From an uncultured Fidelibacterota bacterium (GTDB lineage: Bacteria; Fidelibacterota; Marinisomatia; Marinisomatales; UBA1611): 64,000 bases of DNA. Shown here in pieces: positions 40,768 to 50,561 of this stretch. Numbering within the stretch: the first letter of the stretch is position 1; each line of letters begins with the position of its first letter. The notes under the pieces were generated by a model. It made no database searches, was not told the DNA's origin, and was given only the letters and a program-made list of their open reading frames with translations. A program made the position numbers and the translations under genes. The DNA is taken from assembly GCA_950068325.1 (NCBI GenBank), contig CATMHQ010000004.1, positions 45-64,044 on the forward strand. The letters run 5' to 3'.

Positions 40768-41163
40768 TTATTTCACCAATTGATTTTTTGTTGAAAGACG
40801 TGGTCGTTTTATCCTGAAGAGAAAACCGATTGAGAAAAATGTGAAGAATAGTGGCCATATCATATCTATAAAATACAATGATTCAATAAAGGTCACTTGC
40901 CAAATTATTCGCTTTTAGATTAATGGAGTCATCCCAAAATATTCATAATTTTTTTCAATGTTTCAAAGGCACGTCAAGTCACCCTAGAAGAATCAGGAAT
41001 GATTGTGCTACTAGGCTAACCTACCATGCCGTGCGACAATCATTCTTCTAATCTCGCGAAACGCTGAATAAATTCCTGATTGTCAAGAAATTCGGTACAC
41101 CCCCATGATTGAATAAAGAGATTTGGGTTACCCCTGTTCTCCAATCAGGATGATTGAAGGAAA

Positions 41164-42705
41164 CTAGCCCAACCACAATTGCCGATCCAGGCTTCGGTAT
41201 TGAATCGCTTCACTAATATGACCGGAATTAATCTTTTCAGTTTTTTCCAGATCAGCGATGGTTCGTGAGACCTTCAGGATCCGATCATAGGCCCGAGCGG
41301 AAAGACCCAGTTTTTCCATGGCGGTTTTTAAAAGTTCACCTGATTCTTTGTCCAAAGTGCAATGCAGTTTCAGATCCTGACTTTCCATCTGGGCATTCGA
41401 GAAAAGATTATCGGATTTTTTAAATCGAAATAACTGTACCTCCCTTGCCTTCTGGACTCTTCCTTGGATATCCTTTGATGATTCTCCTTCCTCCTTATCA
41501 GCCAATTCCTGGAATGGAACTGCAGGTACTTCGATATGAATATCGATCCTGTCTAGAAGTGGACCTGAAATTCGGCTCATGTATCTTTGGATCATTTGTG
41601 CCGAGCATGCGCATTCATTATTTGGATCGGTGGCATAACCGCATGGACATGGATTCATGGCGGCTACGAGCATAAATTGCGCGGGATAAGTCAGGCTCAA
41701 TGCTGCCCGTGCGATTGTAACCATACCGTCTTCCAATGGTTGACGCATCACTTCCAAAACATTCTTTTTGAATTCCGGTAATTCGTCTAAAAATAAAACA
41801 CCATGATGTGCCATGCTTGCCTCTCCCGGTCTTGGAATGGTGCCGCCCCCAATAAGTCCTGCATCCGAAATTGTGTGGTGTGGCGATCGAAACGGCCGGA
41901 TGCCCACCAATCCCAGTTTACTCTGTAAAACGCCGGCTACAGAGTGGATTTTCGTCGTTTCAAGGGCTTCATCAAGTGTTAGGTCAGGCAGAATGGTTGG
42001 GATCCGTTTTGAGAGCATGGTTTTTCCGCTACCAGGTGGACCAACCATAATCACATTATGCCCGCCGGCTGCTGCTACTTCCAATGCTCGCTTGACCTGT
42101 TCCTGCCCTTTCACATCGGCAAAATCTCGTGGATATTTACTTTGTTGCTTGAAATGTGTTTTCAGGTCCGTTTTGAACGCATCTTTCTCGATCATCCCAT
42201 TCAGGATCTGGATCACTTCATTTAAAGATGAAGCACCGGCAACCTTTACACCTTCCACAACGGAGGCTTCTTTGGCATTTTCTTCCGGCACAATGATGCC
42301 AGGAACACCATTATCTCTTGCGCAGATTGCAATTGGCAATGCTCCCTGGATCGGGCGTATCGAGCCATCCAATGCCAATTCACCCATCAAAAGAATCTTA
42401 TTTATATAATCTTCACTCACTTCGCCAATGGCTGATAAAAGTCCCACTGCAATGGGCAGATCAAAGGCAGACCCTTCTTTTCGGATATCTGCCGGGGCAA
42501 GATTGACGGTGATATGTTTTCCGGGAAGTTTGTAACCGCTGTTCTGGATAGCTGCGGAGACACGTTCCTTGCTTTCCTTTACAGCTCCTTCCGGCAAACC
42601 GACTGTAACAAACTTTGGGAGTCTGGAGCCTGTAATATGACATTCCACTTCAACCACATAAGCATCAATTCCGAGAATGGCGCTGCTGAGAACTTTCGAA
42701 TTCAA
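41164..42705 (-). CDS. comM: YifB/ComM family Mg-chelatase-like AAA+ ATPase
   Basis: 513 aa. It has a Lon-protease-like N-domain, Walker [23 protein letters not shown], and the C-terminal zinc-ribbon-like CPCGY...C.C. Confidence 0.9.
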   Translation of the reverse strand: MNSKVLSSAILGIDAYVVEVECHITGSRLPKFVTVGLPEGAVKESKERVSAAIQNSGYKLPGKHITVNLAPADIRKEGSAFDLPIAVGLLSAIGEVSEDYINKILLMGELALDGSIRPIQGALPIAICARDNGVPGIIVPEENAKEASVVEGVKVAGASSLNEVIQILNGMIEKDAFKTDLKTHFKQQSKYPRDFADVKGQEQVKRALEVAAAGGHNVIMVGPPGSGKTMLSKRIPTILPDLTLDEALETTKIHSVAGVLQSKLGLVGIRPFRSPHHTISDAGLIGGGTIPRPGEASMAHHGVLFLDELPEFKKNVLEVMRQPLEDGMVTIARAALSLTYPAQFMLVAAMNPCPCGYATDPNNECACSAQMIQRYMSRISGPLLDRIDIHIEVPAVPFQELADKEEGESSKDIQGRVQKAREVQLFRFKKSDNLFSNAQMESQDLKLHCTLDKESGELLKTAMEKLGLSARAYDRILKVSRTIADLEKTEKINSGHISEAIQYRSLDRQLWLG

Positions 42706-42706
42706 A

Positions 42707-42901
42707 TCAGTAACAAGAGCTGATATTGTAATAAGCTAAATAAGGAATGAGAATATAAAATACAGAATCACGGATCAAATAAAAAAGGAAAAAAGCGACA
42801 AGTACCATCCACCCTTTCACTTTCAACAGATGAATCAACCCACCCTCTCTATAAATCTCCAGCCAGTTTTGTATAAATTTCGGCTGACGAAAAGACATCA
42901 A
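42707..42901 (-). CDS. hypothetical small membrane protein
   Basis: 64 aa with one or two hydrophobic helices. It overlaps the upstream gene by 4 nt and ends 1 nt before the comM start. Only this packing supports it. Confidence 0.4.
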   Translation of the reverse strand: MMSFRQPKFIQNWLEIYREGGLIHLLKVKGWMVLVAFFLFYLIRDSVFYILIPYLAYYNISSCY

Positions 42902-43332
42902 TCCTTCCCGGGTTTAATTTTTTCGAACTTCAGGTTTTCGTATTTTTCCCACATAGTGCCGCCTGAGGCATCGGCAAAACGATAGGCAAATTCCAATGCT
43001 TCATAGAAGGGCCGGTTTGCATATTCTCCATGGGAATAAAATTCATCGATCCATTCTGCCATTTCAGCAATTGTAACTTCTTTCAGTTTATCAAAAATGC
43101 CATAGACCAATTCTGCACGATTCTCGTAATACCATTCTGTAAAGCCGCCATAACCAACCGAGTTTTGGAGTTCTGTGTGGGTTTCATACACCTGGGTCAA
43201 ATAAGAAAATAGAAATGTTTCTTTTTCGTCCACAGATAAGGTTTTCCAATAGGTAACAACCGGTGAAAGTTTCCCTTCACCAGTTTGTGCGAACAGAATT
43301 ATTGTGAGAAGAAATGGAATGAGTTTTTTCAT
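42898..43332 (-). CDS. hypothetical secreted protein
   Basis: 144 aa with signal peptide MKKLIPFLLTIILFAQ. I recognise no family. Confidence 0.45.
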   Translation of the reverse strand: MKKLIPFLLTIILFAQTGEGKLSPVVTYWKTLSVDEKETFLFSYLTQVYETHTELQNSVGYGGFTEWYYENRAELVYGIFDKLKEVTIAEMAEWIDEFYSHGEYANRPFYEALEFAYRFADASGGTMWEKYENLKFEKIKPGKD

Positions 43333-43406
43333 AGTTGACTCTTTTTAGGCATCTTGAACGATTTACTTAGGCGAAAAATACGATTCTCGGAGATAGATGA
43401 ACAATG

Positions 43407-45314
43407 CTAAACATCTGCTGGTTCAATCCAATCTCCATGGAAATCAATCAGGTGGATTAAGGCATCCACGGCAGATTCTGCAGGGATGTTTTTTTCGATC
43501 ACATCTTGACCTTTATAAAGAGAGATCTTACCAACTCCTGTCCCCACGTATCCATAATCTGCATCCGCCATTTCTCCGGGGCCATTCACAATGCAGCCCA
43601 TGATGCCGATTTTGACACCTTTCAGGTGATCGGTCCGAGCACGGATCTTTGCCGTAGTTTCCTGGAGATCAAACAAGGTCCGGCCGCAGGATGGACAAGA
43701 GATGTATTCTGTCTTGGAAATTCTTGATCGGCTGGCCTGTAGAATTCCAAACGCAGTTTCATTCACAAAACCGGCATCATGATCATATTCGATCCAGATC
43801 CCATCTCCAAAACCGTCCAACTGAAGTCCGCCCAAGTCTGTGGCTGAATAAAGTAGTAATTCATCCTTGGAATAATGTCGATACGATCTTTTTACGACGA
43901 TGGGGTTTTGAATTTTATTCTTCATGCACTCAACGAAAAACCGTCTTTGCTCAGCATAGCCGTGCTCGTTATCGGTTTCTAAAACTAAAACTGTATTATT
44001 CATATACGGGATATCGATGATTTCGAAAAACTCAATGTTCGATTTTATTTTTAGGAATGAAACTCGATCTTCCGGAATGGCATTTCCATTATCCATTGAA
44101 AATAAAGGATAATGCTGTTCTTTTTCATCTAAGGATTCAGAATTCTGAACAATGCCAAGTGTTCCAGGAATTTCAAAATTAATGGAATTGTCTCCAATAA
44201 AAAGAAAATCCACAGCCTGATCAGAAATATGCCATTTGTCCTGGCTTTCAGAATAAATATATCCAAATGGCATTAGGTCCCGATAAGTAATCGATTTTTT
44301 TTCCGACAGATCACCAAAGACTCGCGGCACCTCCTCACCACCAAGATTTAATAAAGTATTCGACTTTCGTTTTCTCCGGAAAAATGGATCGTAAGGGAAG
44401 AATTTGATTTCAGGAATCGGCGCATGATTTTCTCTGGTCCCATAGCGATTGACCAAAACTTGGGCTACCGGAATCTCAGCTTCCGGGTCTTCCGTTAATG
44501 AAACCCGGATTGTATCCCCCAATCCATCTTCCATGAGTGTGCCAATTCCAACGGCTGACTTGATCCGGCCGTCTTCCGCCTCTCCCGCTTCTGTCACGCC
44601 AAGATGAAGCGGATAATTCATTCCTTCTTCCACCATGGTCTTGATAAGTAAACGATACGCTTGTACCATCACCTGTGTATTGCTGGCTTTCATGGATAGA
44701 ATGATATCTTGATAATTTTCGTCTTCAGCAATGCGAAGAAATTCCATAGCCGATTCCACCATACCAAGGGGTGTATCACCATAGCGACTCATAATCCTGT
44801 CAGATAATGACCCATGGTTTGTGCCGATCCGCATAGCCGTTCCGTCCTCTTTACAGATCCGCACTAGAGGGACAAATCGTTCCCGGATTCGATCCAGTTT
44901 TTTCCCATAAGATTCGTCGGAATAATCATGGATCTCGAATTTTTTCCGGTCTGCATAATTTCCGGGATTCACCCGGACTTTTTCTACGATTCGTGCCGCC
45001 ACTTCCGCCGCATTCGGCGTAAAATGAATATCTGCAACTAAGGGAGTATTATATCCTTTTTCACGCAATCCATCCCGGATCGCCCGTAGGTTTTCTGCTT
45101 CTTTTATACTGGGCGCTGTTATCCGGACGATTTCACAACCTGCCTCGATCATGCGGATTGATTGCGCAATGGTCCCTTCTGTATCCATAGTATCCGTTGT
45201 GGTCATTGACTGGATTCGAATGGGATTCTTTCCGCCTACACCTACATTCCCAACCATGACTTCCCGTGTTTGCCAACGCTGGTATTTTGTTAAACTGAGA
45301 CAATAGGTCTGCAT
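43407..45314 (-). CDS. ispG: 4-hydroxy-3-methylbut-2-en-1-yl diphosphate synthase, long form with inserted domain
   Basis: 635 aa. VGNVGVGGKNPIRIQSMTTTDT, the TIM-barrel blocks and the C-terminal 4Fe-4S block SCPSCGRT...GCIVNGPGE are present. An insert of about 250 aa separates the two halves, as in Bacteroidetes, Chlamydiae and plants. Confidence 0.93.
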   Translation of the reverse strand: MQTYCLSLTKYQRWQTREVMVGNVGVGGKNPIRIQSMTTTDTMDTEGTIAQSIRMIEAGCEIVRITAPSIKEAENLRAIRDGLREKGYNTPLVADIHFTPNAAEVAARIVEKVRVNPGNYADRKKFEIHDYSDESYGKKLDRIRERFVPLVRICKEDGTAMRIGTNHGSLSDRIMSRYGDTPLGMVESAMEFLRIAEDENYQDIILSMKASNTQVMVQAYRLLIKTMVEEGMNYPLHLGVTEAGEAEDGRIKSAVGIGTLMEDGLGDTIRVSLTEDPEAEIPVAQVLVNRYGTRENHAPIPEIKFFPYDPFFRRKRKSNTLLNLGGEEVPRVFGDLSEKKSITYRDLMPFGYIYSESQDKWHISDQAVDFLFIGDNSINFEIPGTLGIVQNSESLDEKEQHYPLFSMDNGNAIPEDRVSFLKIKSNIEFFEIIDIPYMNNTVLVLETDNEHGYAEQRRFFVECMKNKIQNPIVVKRSYRHYSKDELLLYSATDLGGLQLDGFGDGIWIEYDHDAGFVNETAFGILQASRSRISKTEYISCPSCGRTLFDLQETTAKIRARTDHLKGVKIGIMGCIVNGPGEMADADYGYVGTGVGKISLYKGQDVIEKNIPAESAVDALIHLIDFHGDWIEPADV

Positions 45315-46435
45315 TATTTCCCTTGGTAAGGTAGCTTCAAATATTGTTTTGCTTTTTCCATGGCAGATGAAAAATTATTGCAATCCAAGCATAATTTGTA
45401 ACTTGATTTTGCTTCGATTCTTTTATTCATTTTATCGTAAGTCATGCCTTGTAATAGATAAGCATTTCCTAAGATGATATCCAACTCGGCTGTGTAAGAA
45501 TTGATTGCACTATTCAGCAATTCCAATGCGTCTGAATATTGTTTTTGATGGAAAGTTAATAACGCTTTTTCATAATTAAAATATGGGAAGTACCATTCTT
45601 TTTGTCGATCTGTGAGATCACTTGATAGATTCTCTATATCTTCTATTATTGTGTAAGATTCATCTATTTTATCTGTGCGAATCATGGACTCTAACAGGAG
45701 GAGATTAAAATAATAATTCTTTGGAAAATGCGCTACCAGATCCCTGGAATGTTTATAGGCCATAATAGGTTCTTCCTCCACCCAGAGATACAAAAAGCTT
45801 AATATGCCTTTTGCTTCGATCCAGGCCCAATCTCCCTCATTTGCAGCCTTTGACATTTCATTCAAGCCCGCTTCTCTGGATGCATCTAACCCATAAAGTT
45901 CCACTGCCCATTTTAAGAATACATTGCTGATTCCCGCATAATATTCCACAATCCCGATGGGAAGCCGGGCATCCTTTATTTCTGGCGATTTTTCCGCAAC
46001 GTCATCTATTATAGTAAATCCCTTGAATGCCCGGTAAAGTGTCCGGAGCCACTGTTTCTTTCCAAGTGTAACCCGGGCACTAAGACCCAGAGCAGATCCC
46101 CGGTAAAGCTGATACGTTTGGTCATATTCGAATCGCTCCACCAACGCTTCATATACCGGTTGAATCAAAGCAAGGTCCGATTCAAGCATGGTATTGGCGT
46201 CTTCCACCGGATCATTGGCCAGACTTCGCACCCAGCGCGCAGCAACCCAAATAAGATGAACGCCAGGATGATCGGGGTATTTTTCCCGGGCATCCGTCAA
46301 AATGATCACAGCGCGGTCAAATTCATAATTATAAAATGCATAAACACCTTTCTTGACTAAGGGATCGCCTTCATAAAAATCTTTTGAATAAAGGGTGGAA
46401 AAAAGGAGGAGGAAAGTAATTAATACATGGCGCAT
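45314..46435 (-). CDS. hypothetical secreted helical-repeat (TPR-like) protein
   Basis: 373 aa with a signal peptide. The C-terminal part has TPR-like periodicity (YSDALELLNSAI..., LGNAYLLQGMTYDKMNKRIEAKSSYKLCL). It overlaps ispG by 1 nt. Confidence 0.5.
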   Translation of the reverse strand: MRHVLITFLLLFSTLYSKDFYEGDPLVKKGVYAFYNYEFDRAVIILTDAREKYPDHPGVHLIWVAARWVRSLANDPVEDANTMLESDLALIQPVYEALVERFEYDQTYQLYRGSALGLSARVTLGKKQWLRTLYRAFKGFTIIDDVAEKSPEIKDARLPIGIVEYYAGISNVFLKWAVELYGLDASREAGLNEMSKAANEGDWAWIEAKGILSFLYLWVEEEPIMAYKHSRDLVAHFPKNYYFNLLLLESMIRTDKIDESYTIIEDIENLSSDLTDRQKEWYFPYFNYEKALLTFHQKQYSDALELLNSAINSYTAELDIILGNAYLLQGMTYDKMNKRIEAKSSYKLCLDCNNFSSAMEKAKQYLKLPYQGK

Positions 46436-46451
46436 GGATGGGCTGGATAAA

Positions 46452-46482
46452 GATTAGGATTAGGAATTAAGATTGGAAATGG
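46452..46482. repeat. intergenic CCAATC/GATTGG-word repeat, copy 2
   Basis: The sequence is gattaggattaggaattaagattggaaatgg. It is the inverted partner of 22147-22184. The word atggaagatgga recurs at about 46649-46660. Confidence 0.5.
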
Positions 46483-46670
46483 TGCTTCCCCGCCTACCGA
46501 TTGGGCAGGGACATGCTCAGCAACCCTATGGATAATGTAGGCTGCGAATTAAAAAAAGTGAATCGTTTAAATTCGATTTTGCGAACCATCACATTCTTTG
46601 TGTCTAACCAAATCTTTGCGACTCTGCGCCTTTTCGTTAAGAAAAAAATGGAAGATGGAGCGGGGAAAAT

Positions 46671-48254
46671 CTATGAGCCTTGGGAGGATAAGATGAGCCA
46701 ACCGCGTGATTCATTATTCTCCGGTTTGATCTCAAGACTTTTCTCCCAGGATGCACGGGCCAATAGTTTTTCATTCATTTTCCAATACGTAATACCGATG
46801 CCCATATAGGCATCTGCGTCATTGGGACTCAATTCAAGAACTTCCTGGTATGCAATGAGTGATTCGCTGTACATGGTCTTGCCCCGATAAAACTTCCCCA
46901 AAACACCCATAGCGCCCGACAACCAAGCTGAAGTGTTGTTATTCACAGAAAGTGCATTCTTGAATGCCTGGCGACCCATGGTGGGGTTGCCGATCCTGTT
47001 ATATTCCACTGCCAGCACATAGTAGGTTTGTGGCAGGAGGTTTCTCACAACCGCATCATTGGGCCGGTAATGAAGGAGATCTTCCCACGCAGCGGCGGTT
47101 CTACCCCATTCATGGGCATTAAAATAACTGAGTCCCTGCATGTAACGGTAATCACCATTATCCGGATCCAAATAAACGGCATCACTGAACGAAAGTGCCG
47201 CATAGACATATTTTCCTTGTTCAAAATACAAATCGGCCAACGAGAGATGAGGCTGAATATCTCTCGGATTGAGTTTAATAGCACGTTGAAATGATCTTTT
47301 AGCATCTTCCACTCGACCGAGTTTCAGGTGATTCTCCCCAATGAGTTGAATAAATCCCGTATGGGTTGGATATTTTTCAGTTGCTTCTTCAGATAAATTT
47401 AATGCTTCGGTATAATCGCCAGACGCCATTTTCTCACGGATGATGATGATTCGCTGGGCAGGTCCATCTGGCGCTTTTTCTGATGAAAGTTTAAGAATAT
47501 CTCGACTCAGTTTTCTCTGTTGATCGGTATGAACAAACATGGACATGGCTTCGATGGTTGCGCCATGATTCGGATCTAAATACAAGGCTTCTTCGAAAGC
47601 ATTTTTTGATTTTTGATATTCACCCAAGGTCGCATATAAAGATCCCAAAAAAAAGTGAGTATCCGGATTATAAGGATTTTTTGCCACTTCCCGGAGATAA
47701 ACATCCTTGGCTGCAGCATAATCCCCATTGGCTTCGTAATGCATCCCCAATTGCCGCTGGACATAAAGATTTTCCGGATTGAGGCGAGCTTCTTTTTCAA
47801 AATCTTCCCTGGAGAAAAATGGTTTTGAATCTAAGGCGACTACTTGCTTTTTCGGCTCTTCCTGGTAAAAAAACCGTGTGGCTCGGGCCAATTCTCTATT
47901 AGATGCCTGAAGTTCGCCGGTCAGGTTGAATAATTCATCCGCGAAAGCAGCGGTGTTGATTCGTGACGTTTTATTAATGGATGATGCGGATTCGATGGGT
48001 TCCGCTTTTGAAGAAGATTTTTTTGATTTTTTCTTTTTGGATTTCTTTTTCTTGGATTTTTTCTTTGATCCTTTTTTAGACTTCTTCTTTTTGCCCGAAG
48101 ATTTCTTTTTTGATTTTTTTCCAGACCCTTTTTTCTTTTTCTTCTTCTTCTTTTTCTGCTCTTCTGCCGAGTCAGCACGCATGGATCCCGCTTCTGATAA
48201 TGGCAAAGCACCCATCAGAATTAAACATATCAATAACCGGGTTAGGAATTTCAT
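46671..48254 (-). CDS. secreted TPR-repeat protein with a long N-terminal Lys/Ser-rich polycationic tract
   Basis: 527 aa. It has a signal peptide, then EEQ(K)9-10GSGKKSKKKSSGKKKKSKKGSKKKSKKKKSKKKKSKKSSSK (about nt 48155-48006), then at least 8 TPR-like units (for example AAAKDVYLREVAKNPYNPDTHFFLGSLY, AKRSFQRAIKLNPRD). Confidence 0.7.
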   Translation of the reverse strand: MKFLTRLLICLILMGALPLSEAGSMRADSAEEQKKKKKKKKKGSGKKSKKKSSGKKKKSKKGSKKKSKKKKSKKKKSKKSSSKAEPIESASSINKTSRINTAAFADELFNLTGELQASNRELARATRFFYQEEPKKQVVALDSKPFFSREDFEKEARLNPENLYVQRQLGMHYEANGDYAAAKDVYLREVAKNPYNPDTHFFLGSLYATLGEYQKSKNAFEEALYLDPNHGATIEAMSMFVHTDQQRKLSRDILKLSSEKAPDGPAQRIIIIREKMASGDYTEALNLSEEATEKYPTHTGFIQLIGENHLKLGRVEDAKRSFQRAIKLNPRDIQPHLSLADLYFEQGKYVYAALSFSDAVYLDPDNGDYRYMQGLSYFNAHEWGRTAAAWEDLLHYRPNDAVVRNLLPQTYYVLAVEYNRIGNPTMGRQAFKNALSVNNNTSAWLSGAMGVLGKFYRGKTMYSESLIAYQEVLELSPNDADAYMGIGITYWKMNEKLLARASWEKSLEIKPENNESRGWLILSSQGS

Positions 48255-48316
48255 GAAGTCATATTCTCGGATTATGGAGCGAAATTACACATTCTCACTT
48301 AATTAGAAAGCATTTT

Positions 48317-49498
48317 TTATAAAGCAATCCACTTCGATTTTATTTGAGTTTTTTCTATGGGATCGGTCCATAAAAACAGAATTTTCTCTCCCAACATTTC
48401 AAATTGCGGATAACCGATTCCTCGGCCGCCAGCCAATGTTTCTACTTCCATCACCTCTGATAAAGGACCCTTTCTGCCCAATGTCCGATAGACAAGGGAC
48501 GCGTTCTCGTCATTGGCTTCTAACCAGCTAACCGTGACAGACTCGTCATTCAACCATCCTATATCCACCCTTCCGATAGGTTTTCCTGCATCAATCCGGA
48601 TGGGAGATGAAAAGGATTTTCCCGAGTCATCTGAAAATGCCACATTGATTTGTGAATCACCCTCAGGCGCTGTAAACCATGCAATGGCTATTTTCCCATC
48701 TTTTTCTGCTAATTTTGGACCATTTACAGGACAACCCGGTATCATCCAGCCATCTTCATGAACCGGGTATGGGTTTTCCCATTTACCTCCCACTTTCCGA
48801 AGGATATTGATATTCCTAATTTCAGATTCAGCACGGTCGCGATAGGCGACTAAAGTAATATCTCCTAATTGAACTGCAGAGGTGGGGCAACATTCACAGA
48901 CCATGGCATCAATAGAACTATCCTCACCTTGATTGAAGTCACTGTCAAATGTGGACGTATAAAGATTCATATCCCCAGCACTGCCATGTCCCTGTCCACC
49001 TGCCATATGACGGCCATCCAACCAAACTAATCCTAAATCCTGTTTTTCATTTTTATAAAATGAGACAAAACCGTGTTCTGCATGTTTCCCGTCCCGGTGT
49101 GGAATTATCGATTTCTCCCATGTTTTACCTCGGTCACGAGAATAGGAAATTCTCACATCATAATCATAAGTACCCTCTGCACTCATTTCTGGCCAATGCA
49201 CAACAACTGTATTTTCATTTACCTCAAAGATTGAAGGGAAATCAGCCCAATTAATGAAGAAATCTTTTGAAGAATAAATGAGACTTTTTTCGGACCAATT
49301 TCCGTTCGAGAATTCGGACCATAAAAATCCAAAGGTTGTGGAATCTACCGGCTCAAACCAGGAAACAAGTAATCCACCCTTTTCTGTTTTTGTTAAATGG
49401 GGATAGCGACTTCCTTCCCCGAAAGGTGCTTCAATGATTTCGGAAGAGGAACAACCAAATATTAACAACAAAAGTAAAAGCGATAAGTGTAGCTTCAT
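48317..49498 (-). CDS. BNR/Asp-box repeat lipoprotein (sialidase-fold beta-propeller, function unknown)
   Basis: 393 aa. It has a lipoprotein signal (LLLLIFGCSSS) and Asp-boxes SYSRDRGKTW and AFSDDSGKSF. Conserved-looking Cys motifs VCECCPTS and PGCPVNGP are present. Confidence 0.65.
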   Translation of the reverse strand: MKLHLSLLLLLLIFGCSSSEIIEAPFGEGSRYPHLTKTEKGGLLVSWFEPVDSTTFGFLWSEFSNGNWSEKSLIYSSKDFFINWADFPSIFEVNENTVVVHWPEMSAEGTYDYDVRISYSRDRGKTWEKSIIPHRDGKHAEHGFVSFYKNEKQDLGLVWLDGRHMAGGQGHGSAGDMNLYTSTFDSDFNQGEDSSIDAMVCECCPTSAVQLGDITLVAYRDRAESEIRNINILRKVGGKWENPYPVHEDGWMIPGCPVNGPKLAEKDGKIAIAWFTAPEGDSQINVAFSDDSGKSFSSPIRIDAGKPIGRVDIGWLNDESVTVSWLEANDENASLVYRTLGRKGPLSEVMEVETLAGGRGIGYPQFEMLGEKILFLWTDPIEKTQIKSKWIAL

Positions 49499-49590
49499 TT
49501 AGTTCCTTAAAAATAATTGATGAAAAGTGGTTATCATTGAATTTAATGGGTAAAATTAAAAAGGGACGGTTTTCCGCCTACATTCTTTTT

Positions 49591-49929
49591 TTACATTCCA
49601 CCTACTTTGCAACATCCTGGTAATGCTTCGTAAGCTACTGGGTCTGCTAATGTTTCATTAGCTTGATATCCTAAAGCAGAAACTGCTTTTTCAATTGTAG
49701 CTATATCAATCACAGCTGCTTTGTAGGTTACGTGACCGGTTTTGCCTTCTAAATCAACATCGAACTTTGTAATGCCTTTGATTTTAGACATCCCTTTTTC
49801 AATGGTAGCTTCACACATTCCGCATTGCATAGTTGTTAATGCAATATCTGCTTGTTTTGCTTCTCCCTTACTACAGGCCATAAGTCCCAGGATGAGACCT
49901 GTTAAAAGAATGATAATTGTATTTTTCAC
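49591..49929 (-). CDS. heavy-metal-associated (HMA) domain lipoprotein
   Basis: 112 aa. It has a lipobox (LGLMACS), the HMA metal site MQCGMCEATIEKG, and a C-terminal PGCCKVGGM tail. Confidence 0.8.
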   Translation of the reverse strand: MKNTIIILLTGLILGLMACSKGEAKQADIALTTMQCGMCEATIEKGMSKIKGITKFDVDLEGKTGHVTYKAAVIDIATIEKAVSALGYQANETLADPVAYEALPGCCKVGGM

Positions 49930-49945
49930 TTTTGAGTCCTTTTAT

Positions 49946-50479
49946 TTATTTAATTGAAATTTTATCATATAAAATATTGGTTAACATTAACGACATTGCA
50001 ACAAAGATCACTCCAATTTCCACCCAAAATAAAAATGCATTTTCCATATAGAATGAGAAATAGGGAGTTTGAACCATTTCCCAGATGGAACCCTGCCCTT
50101 TTTCCGGATGAATTTGGAATAAAAAATAATTCTTTTGACTTAACGGATATAACCATTGAATACCCACAGTTCTTGCCGTAAACCAATCGGTGATCAAATG
50201 AAGTTGTGCACCAAGAAAAATTCCCAAAGAAACGGGATTTAAGATTTCCATTTTCTTCCATTTTTGGATGAGTATCATTCCACCAAAAAGAATGACCCAG
50301 AAAATGGGTGTATGTAAAATGGTATGGTGTCCGGCCACCGTGGTAGAAAAAAGTCCATCTGCATCGGGTAAAATGGATGCAAACAGTAGAAATGGCATAA
50401 AAGGATAAACGGTCCATGATGAAGATTTCATGACTTTCCAAAGTATATATCCGGATGCGATGTGAGATGGAACAAACAT
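49946..50479 (-). CDS. membrane-bound metal-dependent hydrolase (YdjM/DUF457-like)
   Basis: 177 aa, polytopic. MFVPSHIASGY..., LPDADGLF and HLITDW-type His/Asp motifs are present. Confidence 0.7.
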   Translation of the reverse strand: MFVPSHIASGYILWKVMKSSSWTVYPFMPFLLFASILPDADGLFSTTVAGHHTILHTPIFWVILFGGMILIQKWKKMEILNPVSLGIFLGAQLHLITDWFTARTVGIQWLYPLSQKNYFLFQIHPEKGQGSIWEMVQTPYFSFYMENAFLFWVEIGVIFVAMSLMLTNILYDKISIK

Positions 50480-50561
50480 TATTCGTCTTTTATTATTTTA
50501 TATTTATTGAAGCCATTACTCTTTAGATGGTGATTTTTATAAGAGGTTACACTTTTTATTT

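Noticed and set aside
40768-41163. Tested by eye whether the long folB-upstream gap is a known RNA (SRP RNA, RNase P RNA, tmRNA, 6S RNA, THF or ZTP riboswitch)
   Set aside because: None of the conserved core sequences I remember for these RNAs is present. These include the GGAAGCAGCC-type SRP motif, the RNase P AAAGUCCGGGC core, the tmRNA tRNA-like 3' end and the ZTP CCGCCUGGGC core. It is kept as an unclassified structured region instead.
41813-42409. 198-aa + strand ORF inside comM. The same applies to antisense ORFs inside pepA (5324-5725), acs (10422-11055), tolC (57992-58450), pepN (61314-62599), the RND pump and smc.
   Set aside because: In each case the opposite strand encodes a full-length protein with clear family signatures. 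The antisense products are low-complexity and lack motifs.
47926-48306. 126-aa + strand ORF (Phe/Asp-rich) and a 96-aa minus-strand alternative-frame ORF (47921-48211, Arg/Lys-rich) over the poly-Lys tract
   Set aside because: Both are frame artefacts of the AAA/AAG/TCT repeat DNA. The frame giving a signal peptide, the K/S tract and a continuous TPR array is the only one that extends across the whole gene.
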